Below are positions 17,505 through 25,722 of a stretch of 64,000 nt of DNA, piece after piece. Source of the DNA: an uncultured Methanosarcinales archaeon (GTDB taxonomy: Archaea > Nanobdellota > Nanobdellia > Woesearchaeales > ARS49). The DNA is taken from NCBI GenBank assembly GCA_964637115.1, contig CAZWVL010000003.1, forward strand, positions 77,758 through 141,757, read 5' to 3'. Each line of letters opens with the position of its first letter. Position 1 is the stretch's first letter. The notes below the pieces were generated by a model. The model saw only the letters and a list, made by a program, of their open reading frames with translations. It did no database searches and was not told the DNA's origin. The translations under genes and the position numbers were made by a program.

Positions 17505-19814
17505 CTATTGCTCCCTATGAATGAAATTCAGCAATGTAATCACCAAAATGCCCATTGCAGCAACCAAGAAAAGCGCAATCTGGACGCCTTTTGAAGCAGC
17601 AACGTCCTGTGGTTCATCAGTCACTGCCCAGCCAACGCGGGGGAAATCAATGTTAGGCATATCAGGTATAGTGCACGCACCATTATTGCAGCCAACTGGG
17701 CATTGGTATGGTTCAACAATACTGGGCACGCCGTTGTTGCAGAAAAGCTCAAGAATATAACAATTTGTTGGCTGGCATGAGGTGACATTTTGATAAGCTC
17801 CTTCTGCTATAATTGCGCAAGTATCAGCCATATTAACATCTGATCCATTAACGTTTGCCGCAATGATTCCTTTCGCAAAGTAATTATTCCCGTTATCAGA
17901 ATCGGTACATACAGGTGCAGCAATCGTGCAACCTGCAGGGCTACGGGATACAATCAATTCTCCGGGCGTTGTACAAGAATAGGTTACGCAACAACCGCCC
18001 TGGCAGCTCGAGCATGACTGCATCTGGCCGGTGCTATTGACAAAACTAGTACAGTTAGTGGTCGGGTTTGTACTGCATCCAGAAGTTCCGGGAACAACCA
18101 TTGCATTAATTGAAGGCCCAAGCATAAAGCTGGCACAAGCGCCATTAGAGCATTGTGCGTTTGAAGGACAGCTCGTCCAGTTACTACCCACGCTACCGCC
18201 GAAAGCCTGTTTATCACCACAGTAGCATTCTAACAACTGGTTAGTGCCATTGGAAGCCTCAAATTCCTGCGAAGTTGAGCACCTATCAGAACAAACTATG
18301 CCTCCGCCCGTGGCATTTCCCTTTTCAGTAATATTCCACCCGCCATCGGAGTCGGAACACGAAACATTTGTAATGTTAGTGATGTTGGTCAAATTAGTAA
18401 TGTTAGTAAGATTAATGGAAATGCTAGTTGTGATGTTCAAGCAATTACAACTCACGCAAACTAATCCAGCGGCGCAGATAGGAGTACCTGGATCGCCGCA
18501 CTGCTCACCAATGTCTGCCCGGCCGTTTCCACATTCTGCCTGAATAAACGGAGCAACAATACACTTGCACTTATCATCACACGCACCGGTGTTAGTAATT
18601 TGCCCAGCCGCGTTCCTGACAAAACACGCAGTTGAAATCAACTGGCCAGTCACAGGGTCACGAATTCCAGGAGGCTCACAATCCTCAATAACGCCTGCAG
18701 CATTCGGCTTCTGAATTAATTTATCCCCGCAAGTGCCAGCGTTTGCTGGCCCTTTAATGCCGCACATGCAATCAGGCTTGCAAACACCAGGGCAAGCAGC
18801 ATCATTGTTTTTATCACACTGCTCGCCAGCGTCAAGCGCCCCATTACCACACTGCACCACAGGAGCAGGAACAAGCAACTTCAACTTATTCAGCAAATCA
18901 CAATCAGACTGATACTTAATGCCATAAACACCGATCTTTGCATCATCAACAGTGCTGGCATATGTTGTGACTGTTAGCCAGTTTGCGCCGGAAAGCCAGA
19001 AAAACATCACCCTTCCAGATACAGTTTCGAGGAAACCACATACATTTCCGCGTTTTGTCCACTTTTGCTCAAAAACTGCAATACTAGTTTCTTTTAGAAG
19101 ATTCTTCTTGAAATTCTCGACATTTTTAGTTTGCAATACAGACACGTCAGTTTTCACGCCATTCAAATGCTCATAGAATGCCGTATATAATGTTCCGCCA
19201 GCATCGCCCGCTGTTTCAGTCTTTGATGACGACTTATATCTGTTATTCTCAATATCTTTCTCAATCAAAATGTCAGAATACTGGGCGCCAGACATTTCAA
19301 ACGCGCCCAATTGCCACTTTTTATTGTTGCAATCCCAAATCTTAAAACCATTATCGTCACGCTTTTCAGTATCGATACACCAGTAGATGACTATATAATT
19401 AGGCCCTGGCAAGAAACGATCAGTAGAGATAGGGACAATGAAAGTTGCTTTGTCCTCTGCCCAAGTTTTCACAATCTTGCCGCTCTGCGAAGTGTCAGCA
19501 AACACTTTCTCCCAAAACTTATACTTTTTGTTAAACGCATATGAAATGGCGTGCACGTAAAACTTTGTCTTGACTGAAGCGGGCTTTTCAACAACAACCT
19601 TAACTTTGTCGCCGGCCTTCACCAAAGTCGGATCAATGTCAGTGTACTTTATTTCACCTGCCCACTTCGGCAAAGCACCAGGAGAAATTGGTACGCCCCC
19701 ATACGCCTTTCCAGCAGCAGATTCTTCGCCAGGCGGCGGAGGATTAGGAGGAAATTCGTCTGCACACGCAACTAGCAAAAAAAGAACAATAACAAAAGGA
19801 ATCAAACTTTTCAT
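17505..19814 (-). CDS. Lipobox-containing Cys-rich surface protein with C-terminal TM anchor (769 aa)
   Basis: Signal plus lipobox FLLVAC followed by PPNPPPPG. Cys repeats CGNGALDAGEQCD and CGNGRADIGEQCG resemble the Myxococcus-type Cys-rich repeat / DUF4215 pattern. There is an array of six consecutive NxT/S sequons (NLTNITNLTNITNITNVS). The C-terminal TM is IALFLVAAMGILVITLL. Confidence 0.8.
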   Translation of the reverse strand: MKSLIPFVIVLFLLVACADEFPPNPPPPGEESAAGKAYGGVPISPGALPKWAGEIKYTDIDPTLVKAGDKVKVVVEKPASVKTKFYVHAISYAFNKKYKFWEKVFADTSQSGKIVKTWAEDKATFIVPISTDRFLPGPNYIVIYWCIDTEKRDDNGFKIWDCNNKKWQLGAFEMSGAQYSDILIEKDIENNRYKSSSKTETAGDAGGTLYTAFYEHLNGVKTDVSVLQTKNVENFKKNLLKETSIAVFEQKWTKRGNVCGFLETVSGRVMFFWLSGANWLTVTTYASTVDDAKIGVYGIKYQSDCDLLNKLKLLVPAPVVQCGNGALDAGEQCDKNNDAACPGVCKPDCMCGIKGPANAGTCGDKLIQKPNAAGVIEDCEPPGIRDPVTGQLISTACFVRNAAGQITNTGACDDKCKCIVAPFIQAECGNGRADIGEQCGDPGTPICAAGLVCVSCNCLNITTSISINLTNITNLTNITNITNVSCSDSDGGWNITEKGNATGGGIVCSDRCSTSQEFEASNGTNQLLECYCGDKQAFGGSVGSNWTSCPSNAQCSNGACASFMLGPSINAMVVPGTSGCSTNPTTNCTSFVNSTGQMQSCSSCQGGCCVTYSCTTPGELIVSRSPAGCTIAAPVCTDSDNGNNYFAKGIIAANVNGSDVNMADTCAIIAEGAYQNVTSCQPTNCYILELFCNNGVPSIVEPYQCPVGCNNGACTIPDMPNIDFPRVGWAVTDEPQDVAASKGVQIALFLVAAMGILVITLLNFIHREQ

Positions 19815-20707
19815 GGCTTTTTCAAATCTGACGGGTATTTCTTCAAGTAAGCGCCGATTATTTCAGCGTTAGCGGCTTCTTTCTCAAATGTTTCCACATA
19901 AACAATTTCCTTGCCACTGGACCAAACTGCAATCCTGTGGTCCTCCTCAGAGAGGAAGAGCGCCAAGTTATGACCGGCATGCGTCTTCCAGCCATTAACG
20001 ATAATATCTTTGAACATGGTAGCAAGAGTCTTGTCCAATTCCTGACGGTTGTTGAAGTCAAAGATATGCACCAAAACAACAACACCGGTTTTCGGTTCAC
20101 GGTACTTGGCATCGTATCTAATAACATTAATGTCTGCAAAATTATCCTTCTCAGCAGTTGTTGACATCACCTTAAATGGACCAACAGTCATATTAAGCAC
20201 GAACTGCTCAACGTTTGCCAGCTCTGGAATCTTGCCAGTCGCCTTGCCCTTGACTGTAAACTTAACAAGCATCCACTTCTTGCCGTTGCACTCCCACTTG
20301 CCGGCAGCTTTCGAACAGGCATAAACAACAAAGTAGTTTTCGCCCTCAACAAACTTGGAAGCATCAACCGTCACGCTTCCAATGGCCTGGCCTTTCAACC
20401 ACTGCTCAGCTGCTTCGCCCTGCAGGGAAAACTTCTCCCAAGTTCTCGTAACTGAGTTAAAGACATAGCCGTTAGAATAAACGTAGTCAAAGTTTGAAAC
20501 AGAAACAACAACACCATCACCAAAATACGCTTCAGAAGGCGTAATAGCAACATTTTTTGCCTCAGCAGCCCAGGATGGCATTCCTGCAGCCATGCCTGCT
20601 ATCGCTTTTCCAATTTCTCCGCCCGGAGGAGGAGGGTTGGGAGGCAGCTCATCCTTGCACGCTACAAGTAAGAATAGTAACAATACTGCAAGTGCAACAC
20701 GTTTCAT
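19811..20707 (-). CDS. Lipobox protein, paralog of the N-terminal domain of 17505..19814 (298 aa)
   Basis: The signal FLLVAC followed by ELPPNPPPPGGE is nearly identical to its neighbour. Shared motifs are NY(F/I)V(V/I)Y.C...KW.CN.KKW. ATGA overlap (19811-19814) with the downstream gene. Confidence 0.8.
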   Translation of the reverse strand: MKRVALAVLLLFLLVACKDELPPNPPPPGGEIGKAIAGMAAGMPSWAAEAKNVAITPSEAYFGDGVVVSVSNFDYVYSNGYVFNSVTRTWEKFSLQGEAAEQWLKGQAIGSVTVDASKFVEGENYFVVYACSKAAGKWECNGKKWMLVKFTVKGKATGKIPELANVEQFVLNMTVGPFKVMSTTAEKDNFADINVIRYDAKYREPKTGVVVLVHIFDFNNRQELDKTLATMFKDIIVNGWKTHAGHNLALFLSEEDHRIAVWSSGKEIVYVETFEKEAANAEIIGAYLKKYPSDLKKP

Positions 20708-20756
20708 AGTCTACCTCTTTTTGCTTGAAAACTAATTTGTATCTTTATAAATGTTA

Positions 20757-21455
20757 TTACTTAGGTATTTCTTTGATGCGTTCATCAATGAACTTCTCGT
20801 TCCAGCCATTGGCAAGCAAGTGCATTCTCAATGTTTCCTGCTTGTATCCGGCATTCGTGTAATTCATCAAATACTGCCTGACTAGTTTCTTATCTTCCAC
20901 TTCTTCTTTCTTCTTATGAGCGATACTTGCAGTAATCATGCCTGCAATAATGATGAGAGCCAGTACGGATAACGTGACGCTCAGGATTGCATTCTTCTTT
21001 TGAGAACCCTGCAAGTTTGTGATAGCATCAAAGAAAGGAGCCTCAAAAGAAGGCCTTTGCTTCAAGTTTTCAATATCGACCGTGGCAGCAGTCATCTGAC
21101 TCTGCACGGCGTCAAGCCGTGAAGACATATCAGAAGCAATTTTCAACTGCGCTTCAGCAGTTGCTAATCTCTGCTCCCAAGCAGGCAGCAAGTTCAACTT
21201 CTGCTCGATGGAATCCAATCTGGCAAGAAGAGCCTGCATGTCCTCAGATTTTGGAGCTGGTTTGGGCGGCGTAACAATTGCTGGTGGAGAAACATTAACT
21301 GCTGGCAGAACCTGGTCTGATTCCATTCCTGGAGGCGCAGGAGGCTCTGGAAGATCCAACGGCTGGAAACCCGTTAACGAATTATGTCCATTAGAAGCAG
21401 CCAAAAACAATGTCAGCGCTGCTATGATTAGTATTGCTGCCACACTCTTTTTCAT
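20757..21455 (-). CDS. Bitopic membrane protein with coiled-coil ectodomain (232 aa)
   Basis: N-terminal signal, a P-rich linker, a heptad-like helical region, an internal TM (LSVTLSVLALIIIAGMITASIA) and a basic cytoplasmic tail. Confidence 0.65.
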   Translation of the reverse strand: MKKSVAAILIIAALTLFLAASNGHNSLTGFQPLDLPEPPAPPGMESDQVLPAVNVSPPAIVTPPKPAPKSEDMQALLARLDSIEQKLNLLPAWEQRLATAEAQLKIASDMSSRLDAVQSQMTAATVDIENLKQRPSFEAPFFDAITNLQGSQKKNAILSVTLSVLALIIIAGMITASIAHKKKEEVEDKKLVRQYLMNYTNAGYKQETLRMHLLANGWNEKFIDERIKEIPK

Positions 21456-21513
21456 ATATGCGTTCTAGTGATAATTACTATTTAAAGGTTTATGGTACGG
21501 CTTAACGCAATAT

Positions 21514-21523
21514 TTTTAAATAG
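21514..21523 (+). promoter_or_regulatory. TATA-like box of TPTS paralog A
   Basis: TTTTTAAATA lies ~80 nt upstream of the GTG start. The same core is found upstream of paralogs B and C. Confidence 0.5.
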
Positions 21524-21598
21524 GAGGGCTATTGTTAAATATCAAAAGTGGGTTGATATGGTATAGGTCTGTGTAGCAGTTAGCCAGAGAGTAACACA

Positions 21599-23125
21599 GT
21601 GGAAAAAGAGAGGTTTGTGGGAATAGTTGCTATCGTATTTACTTTGTTAGTTCTTAGTGTCACGATTGTTTCAGCACAGCCAGCAAGCCCATTAGAAGGA
21701 GGAATTGTGCACAGGTTTTTTAATTGGATTTTAAATTTCTTTTCCTCGTCAGCCAGCATTACTGGCGCGCAAGTGAGCGAACCACTTGAAAGTCCGCCAG
21801 TGTTTGGATTAATGCAAACACCAACGCCGACTTCGACTCCGACTTCTACTCCGACAAGTACTCCGACGTCTACTCCGACATCCACTCCTACTTCAACGCC
21901 AACGTCTACGCCGACTTCAACTCCTACGAGTACTCCGACGTCAACGCCTACTTCTACGCCTACGAGTACTCCGACGTCAACACCAACCTCTACACCAACG
22001 TCAACCCCGACAAGTACTCCGACGTCTACTCCAACTTCGACTCCGACTTCTACTCCAACATCTACTCCTACTTCAACGCCGACCAGCACTCCAACTTCAA
22101 CGCCGACTTCAACCCCGACAAGCACGCCGACTTCTACTCCTACATCAACTCCTACAAGCACTCCGACTTCAACTCCAACGTCAACGCCAACAAGTACTCC
22201 GACTTCTACACCAACGTCAACTCCAACAAGCACTCCGACGTCCACTCCAACATCGACTCCGACTTCTACTCCTACTTCAACGCCTACACGTACTCCAACT
22301 TCGACTCCAACGAGTACGCCAACGTCAACACCAACATCTACTCCAACTTCGACTCCGACTTCAACTCCTACAAGTACTCCGACGTCTACACCAACTTCAA
22401 CACCAACGTCAACTCCAACTTCCACTCCCACTTCAACGCCTACACGTACGCCAACGTCAACTCCTACTTCAACTCCGACAAGTACTCCGACATCTACGCC
22501 GACTTCTACTCCGACCGCAACGCCAACGTCTGTTGCGCCTCCTCCGCCTCCGCCACCACCTCCTCCGCCTCCTCCGCCTCCTCCTGTATCACAAAGCAGA
22601 CCTACAGGCAATACAAATTCAGCTTCGCCTAATCAGGGATGCTGTTGCACCGGAATTTGCAGTGCCAATTGCAATGGATGCGGTACTTGTGGCGCCTTGG
22701 GTCCTCTGTCCTCTTCCAATCCATGTCCAGGGCAAACACTAAATACCCAATTTAAGACATGCTGCGGAAAATCATCACTAGCTCCAACTCCACCTCAAAA
22801 AACACTGGCACCAACGCCTCAGCCGACGTCAATGTCAACCTCATCTGGCCCTGATGAAGCCAAGGGCGAGGAAATTGCGGATGCGGGTTGGGGAGCAGTG
22901 AATGTAGCGCCTCCTCCATTGCCCGAGACACAAAATCTGGGAGAAGTGGTGGGCGAACAGGGTCCAATGGGGGCTTTCGCAGGAAAAACAAACACTAGAG
23001 GCGCCTTAATTGCGGGCATCACGATAATACTCGGTCTTGTGGCAGTAATCTGGGTGCTCGTATACAGGCACAAGCCTCCAAAAAACATCATGTCGTTTAA
23101 GTTCAAATTCTCAAAGAAACGGTAA
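21599..23125 (+). CDS. Mucin-like (TPTS)n stalk surface protein, paralog A (508 aa)
   Basis: GTG start. Signal peptide ...LSVTIVSA/QPA, a conserved ~45-aa tip (FFNWILNFF...ITGAQV...PPVFGLMQT), ~238 aa of TPTS repeats, P16, a Cys-rich segment, a conserved GAFAGKTNTRGALIAG motif, a TM and a basic tail. Confidence 0.85.
   Translation: MEKERFVGIVAIVFTLLVLSVTIVSAQPASPLEGGIVHRFFNWILNFFSSSASITGAQVSEPLESPPVFGLMQTPTPTSTPTSTPTSTPTSTPTSTPTSTPTSTPTSTPTSTPTSTPTSTPTSTPTSTPTSTPTSTPTSTPTSTPTSTPTSTPTSTPTSTPTSTPTSTPTSTPTSTPTSTPTSTPTSTPTSTPTSTPTSTPTSTPTSTPTSTPTSTPTSTPTSTPTSTPTRTPTSTPTSTPTSTPTSTPTSTPTSTPTSTPTSTPTSTPTSTPTSTPTSTPTRTPTSTPTSTPTSTPTSTPTSTPTATPTSVAPPPPPPPPPPPPPPPPVSQSRPTGNTNSASPNQGCCCTGICSANCNGCGTCGALGPLSSSNPCPGQTLNTQFKTCCGKSSLAPTPPQKTLAPTPQPTSMSTSSGPDEAKGEEIADAGWGAVNVAPPPLPETQNLGEVVGEQGPMGAFAGKTNTRGALIAGITIILGLVAVIWVLVYRHKPPKNIMSFKFKFSKKR
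21818..22531 (+). repeat. 12-bp period coding tandem repeat (Thr-Pro-Thr-Ser)n
   Basis: ACN CCN ACN (TCN/AGY) units with heavily varied third positions. A run of 16 Pro codons follows at 22538-22585. Confidence 0.95.
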
Positions 23126-23205
23126 AATAGTCGCAAATACCTTATTGTTTATGAATTAATTTAATATTTGAAATCAATTTTGAAATCTTGTTAATGTTTT
23201 AAAAA

Positions 23206-23223
23206 CATAACGTTTTTAAATAC
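23206..23223 (+). promoter_or_regulatory. Conserved BRE/TATA-like element of paralog B
   Basis: CATAACGTTTTTAAATAC. The first 15 nt, CATAACGTTTTTAAA, recur exactly upstream of paralog C (25679-25693). Confidence 0.55.
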
Positions 23224-23302
23224 TATGTTCTATTCGTTCTATATCAAAAATTGGTTGATGAGTTCAAGGGTTGCGTATAACAATTAGTTAGTGAGAGTTA
23301 CA

Positions 23303-25666
23303 GTGGAAAAAGAGAGGTTTGTGGGCATAATTGCGATATTATTTACTTTATTAGTTCTAAGTGTTAATATTGTTTCAGCACAACCTGCCAGCCCATTGGA
23401 AGGAGGACTCGTGCACAAGCTTTTTGCGTGGGTTGCAGACTTTTTCGTATCATCGTCCAGCATAACCGGCGCGCAAGTGATCGAACCGCCATTTGAGAGT
23501 CCACCTGTGTTTGGATTAATGCAAACACCAACCCCAACTTCAACACCAACTTCTACACCGACGTCAACGCCAACGTCAACTCCTACAAGTACGCCAACGT
23601 CAACTCCAACATCGACTCCTACAAGTACTCCGACGTCTACTCCTACTTCAACGCCAACCAGCACTCCAACGTCTACACCAACTTCTACTCCGACAAGTAC
23701 GCCTACGTCAACGCCTACTTCAACTCCAACCTCAACTCCGACACCAACTTCAACTCCTACTTCAACGCCGACTTCTACACCGACATCAACACCAACCTCT
23801 ACTCCGACTCCAACTCCTACTTCAACGCCGACTTCTACACCGACATCTACGCCAACAAGTACACCGACTTCAACTCCGACAAGTACGCCGACAAGTACAC
23901 CAACGTCTACTCCAACTTCAACGCCAACCAGCACTCCAACTCCTACCTCAACACCGACATCAACTCCGACACCAACTTCTACTCCAACCAGTACTCCGAC
24001 GTCTACTCCTACTTCAACGCCAACCAGCACTCCAACGTCTACACCAACTTCTACTCCGACATCAACTTCAACTCCTACAAGCACGCCAACGTCAACTCCA
24101 ACATCAACTCCTACTTCAACGCCAACGTCTACACCGACCAGTACTCCGACTTCTACACCAACTTCAACTCCGACAAGTACGCCGACTTCGACTCCTACTT
24201 CAACTCCGACTCCAACAAGCACGCCAACTTCTACACCGACATCAACACCAACCTCTACTCCGACAAGTACGCCGACATCTACGCCAACAAGCACTCCAAC
24301 GTCTACACCAACGTCAACTCCGACACCGACTTCAACTCCAACCTCAACACCGACTTCAACGCCAACGTCAACTCCAACAAGTACGCCTACTTCAACTCCG
24401 ACATCTACGCCAACGAGTACTCCGACTTCGACTCCTACTTCAACTCCTACGAGTACTCCAACTTCAACGCCAACCTCTACTCCAACTTCGACACCAACGT
24501 CAACTCCTACAAGCACTCCAACATCAACACCAACAAGCACACCAACGTCTACTCCAACTTCAACTCCGACTAGTACTCCAACTCCTACCTCAACGCCAAC
24601 TTCAACGCCTACTTCAACCCCAACAAGTACACCAACTTCGACGCCTACAAGTACTCCGACTTCGACTCCAACTTCAACGCCAACAAGCACTCCAACGAGT
24701 ACACCGACTTCAACTCCAACTTCTACGCCGACTTCTACTCCAACCCGTACACCAACTTCGACTCCGACATCAACACCAACCTCTACTCCGACGAGCACTC
24801 CAACCAGTACTCCTACGTCAACACCAACTTCAACTCCAACTAGAACACCAACGTCAACACCTACTTCGACTCCGACTTCAACGCCAACAAGTACGCCAAC
24901 TTCTACACCAACATCAACCCCAACCAGCACTCCAACTCCTATTACGCCAACATTACCCCCGGGAGTTGGCAGTACATCTACAGGTAGTGGAAGCAGCCCA
25001 TACACTACTTCTAACCCAATCTATTGTAATTGTGTGATCGCAGGCTCGGACCCCAAAAAACCAAAGTATTCTCCCTCGGGATGTATCCTACCTCCCAGTA
25101 TGCGCGGCAACACTCCATTATGTTCAGCGACGATCGGTTCAGAAGCAGCATTAGTCACGGGAGGAATAGACAAAACCAAGGCATGTATGAAGATGTGCGC
25201 TGTGGATGGTGGGACTGTATGTCAGTGTGAAATTCAGTGCATTTATGGATCTGAAACTTACATTAAAGACTGTGAGAGAGATGGCGGTGATCCTTGTGAT
25301 TGCATTAGAATGTATACAAGCAGCGGTCTTCAAGATGCAGCTCCAAGTTCTGAGACTATAGAAGAGGAGACTGTGCAGGAAGAGCCTGTGCAGGAGGAGA
25401 CTGACACTTCAAATGATGACAATGGCGATATTGCTCCTTCAAGTGTTACTATCCAGACGGCTATGAATCGGGAATCTTATTGGACTAAATCAGGCCTTGG
25501 AAAAGCAGCAGGTGCGTTCACGCAAAGAACAAACGTCAGAGGAGCGTTAATAGCAGGTGTAGCATTATTATTGGGACTTGTGGCAATAATCTGGGCGCTC
25601 CTGTACAGAAACAAGGTTAATAGAAGTTCTAAGCCGGCAAAACTTAATCGTGCCAAGAAACGATAA
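23303..25666 (+). CDS. Mucin-like (TPTS)n stalk surface protein, paralog B (about 787 aa)
   Basis: The GTG GAA AAA GAG AGG TTT GTG start context is identical to paralog A, and the track start at 23291 is 4 codons upstream. The architecture is the same, with ~475 aa of TPTS repeats, a different Cys-rich segment, an acidic stretch, and a conserved GAFTQRTNVRGALIAG motif plus TM. Confidence 0.85.
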   Translation: MEKERFVGIIAILFTLLVLSVNIVSAQPASPLEGGLVHKLFAWVADFFVSSSSITGAQVIEPPFESPPVFGLMQTPTPTSTPTSTPTSTPTSTPTSTPTSTPTSTPTSTPTSTPTSTPTSTPTSTPTSTPTSTPTSTPTSTPTSTPTPTSTPTSTPTSTPTSTPTSTPTPTPTSTPTSTPTSTPTSTPTSTPTSTPTSTPTSTPTSTPTSTPTPTSTPTSTPTPTSTPTSTPTSTPTSTPTSTPTSTPTSTPTSTSTPTSTPTSTPTSTPTSTPTSTPTSTPTSTPTSTPTSTPTSTPTSTPTPTSTPTSTPTSTPTSTPTSTPTSTPTSTPTSTPTSTPTPTSTPTSTPTSTPTSTPTSTPTSTPTSTPTSTPTSTPTSTPTSTPTSTPTSTPTSTPTSTPTSTPTSTPTSTPTSTPTSTPTSTPTPTSTPTSTPTSTPTSTPTSTPTSTPTSTPTSTPTSTPTSTPTSTPTSTPTSTPTRTPTSTPTSTPTSTPTSTPTSTPTSTPTSTPTRTPTSTPTSTPTSTPTSTPTSTPTSTPTSTPTPITPTLPPGVGSTSTGSGSSPYTTSNPIYCNCVIAGSDPKKPKYSPSGCILPPSMRGNTPLCSATIGSEAALVTGGIDKTKACMKMCAVDGGTVCQCEIQCIYGSETYIKDCERDGGDPCDCIRMYTSSGLQDAAPSSETIEEETVQEEPVQEETDTSNDDNGDIAPSSVTIQTAMNRESYWTKSGLGKAAGAFTQRTNVRGALIAGVALLLGLVAIIWALLYRNKVNRSSKPAKLNRAKKR
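23525..24952 (+). repeat. 12-bp period coding tandem repeat (Thr-Pro-Thr-Ser)n, with occasional TPTP units
   Basis: The same ACN CCN ACN TCN/AGY unit for about 1.4 kb. Confidence 0.95.
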
Positions 25667-25678
25667 AACCGTGACTAT

Positions 25679-25695
25679 CATAACGTTTTTAAAAT
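25679..25695 (+). promoter_or_regulatory. Conserved BRE/TATA-like element of paralog C
   Basis: CATAACGTTTTTAAAAT lies ~30 nt upstream of the GTG at 25723, which implies a near-leaderless transcript. Confidence 0.55.
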
Positions 25696-25722
25696 CCTGC
25701 CTATTCGTATGCTGAGAGAGAA

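Noticed and set aside
21818-24952. Could the regular short repeats be a CRISPR array?
   Set aside because: The period is 12 bp with no unique spacers, and the arrays lie inside long ORFs with conserved flanking coding sequence. No cas genes are nearby.
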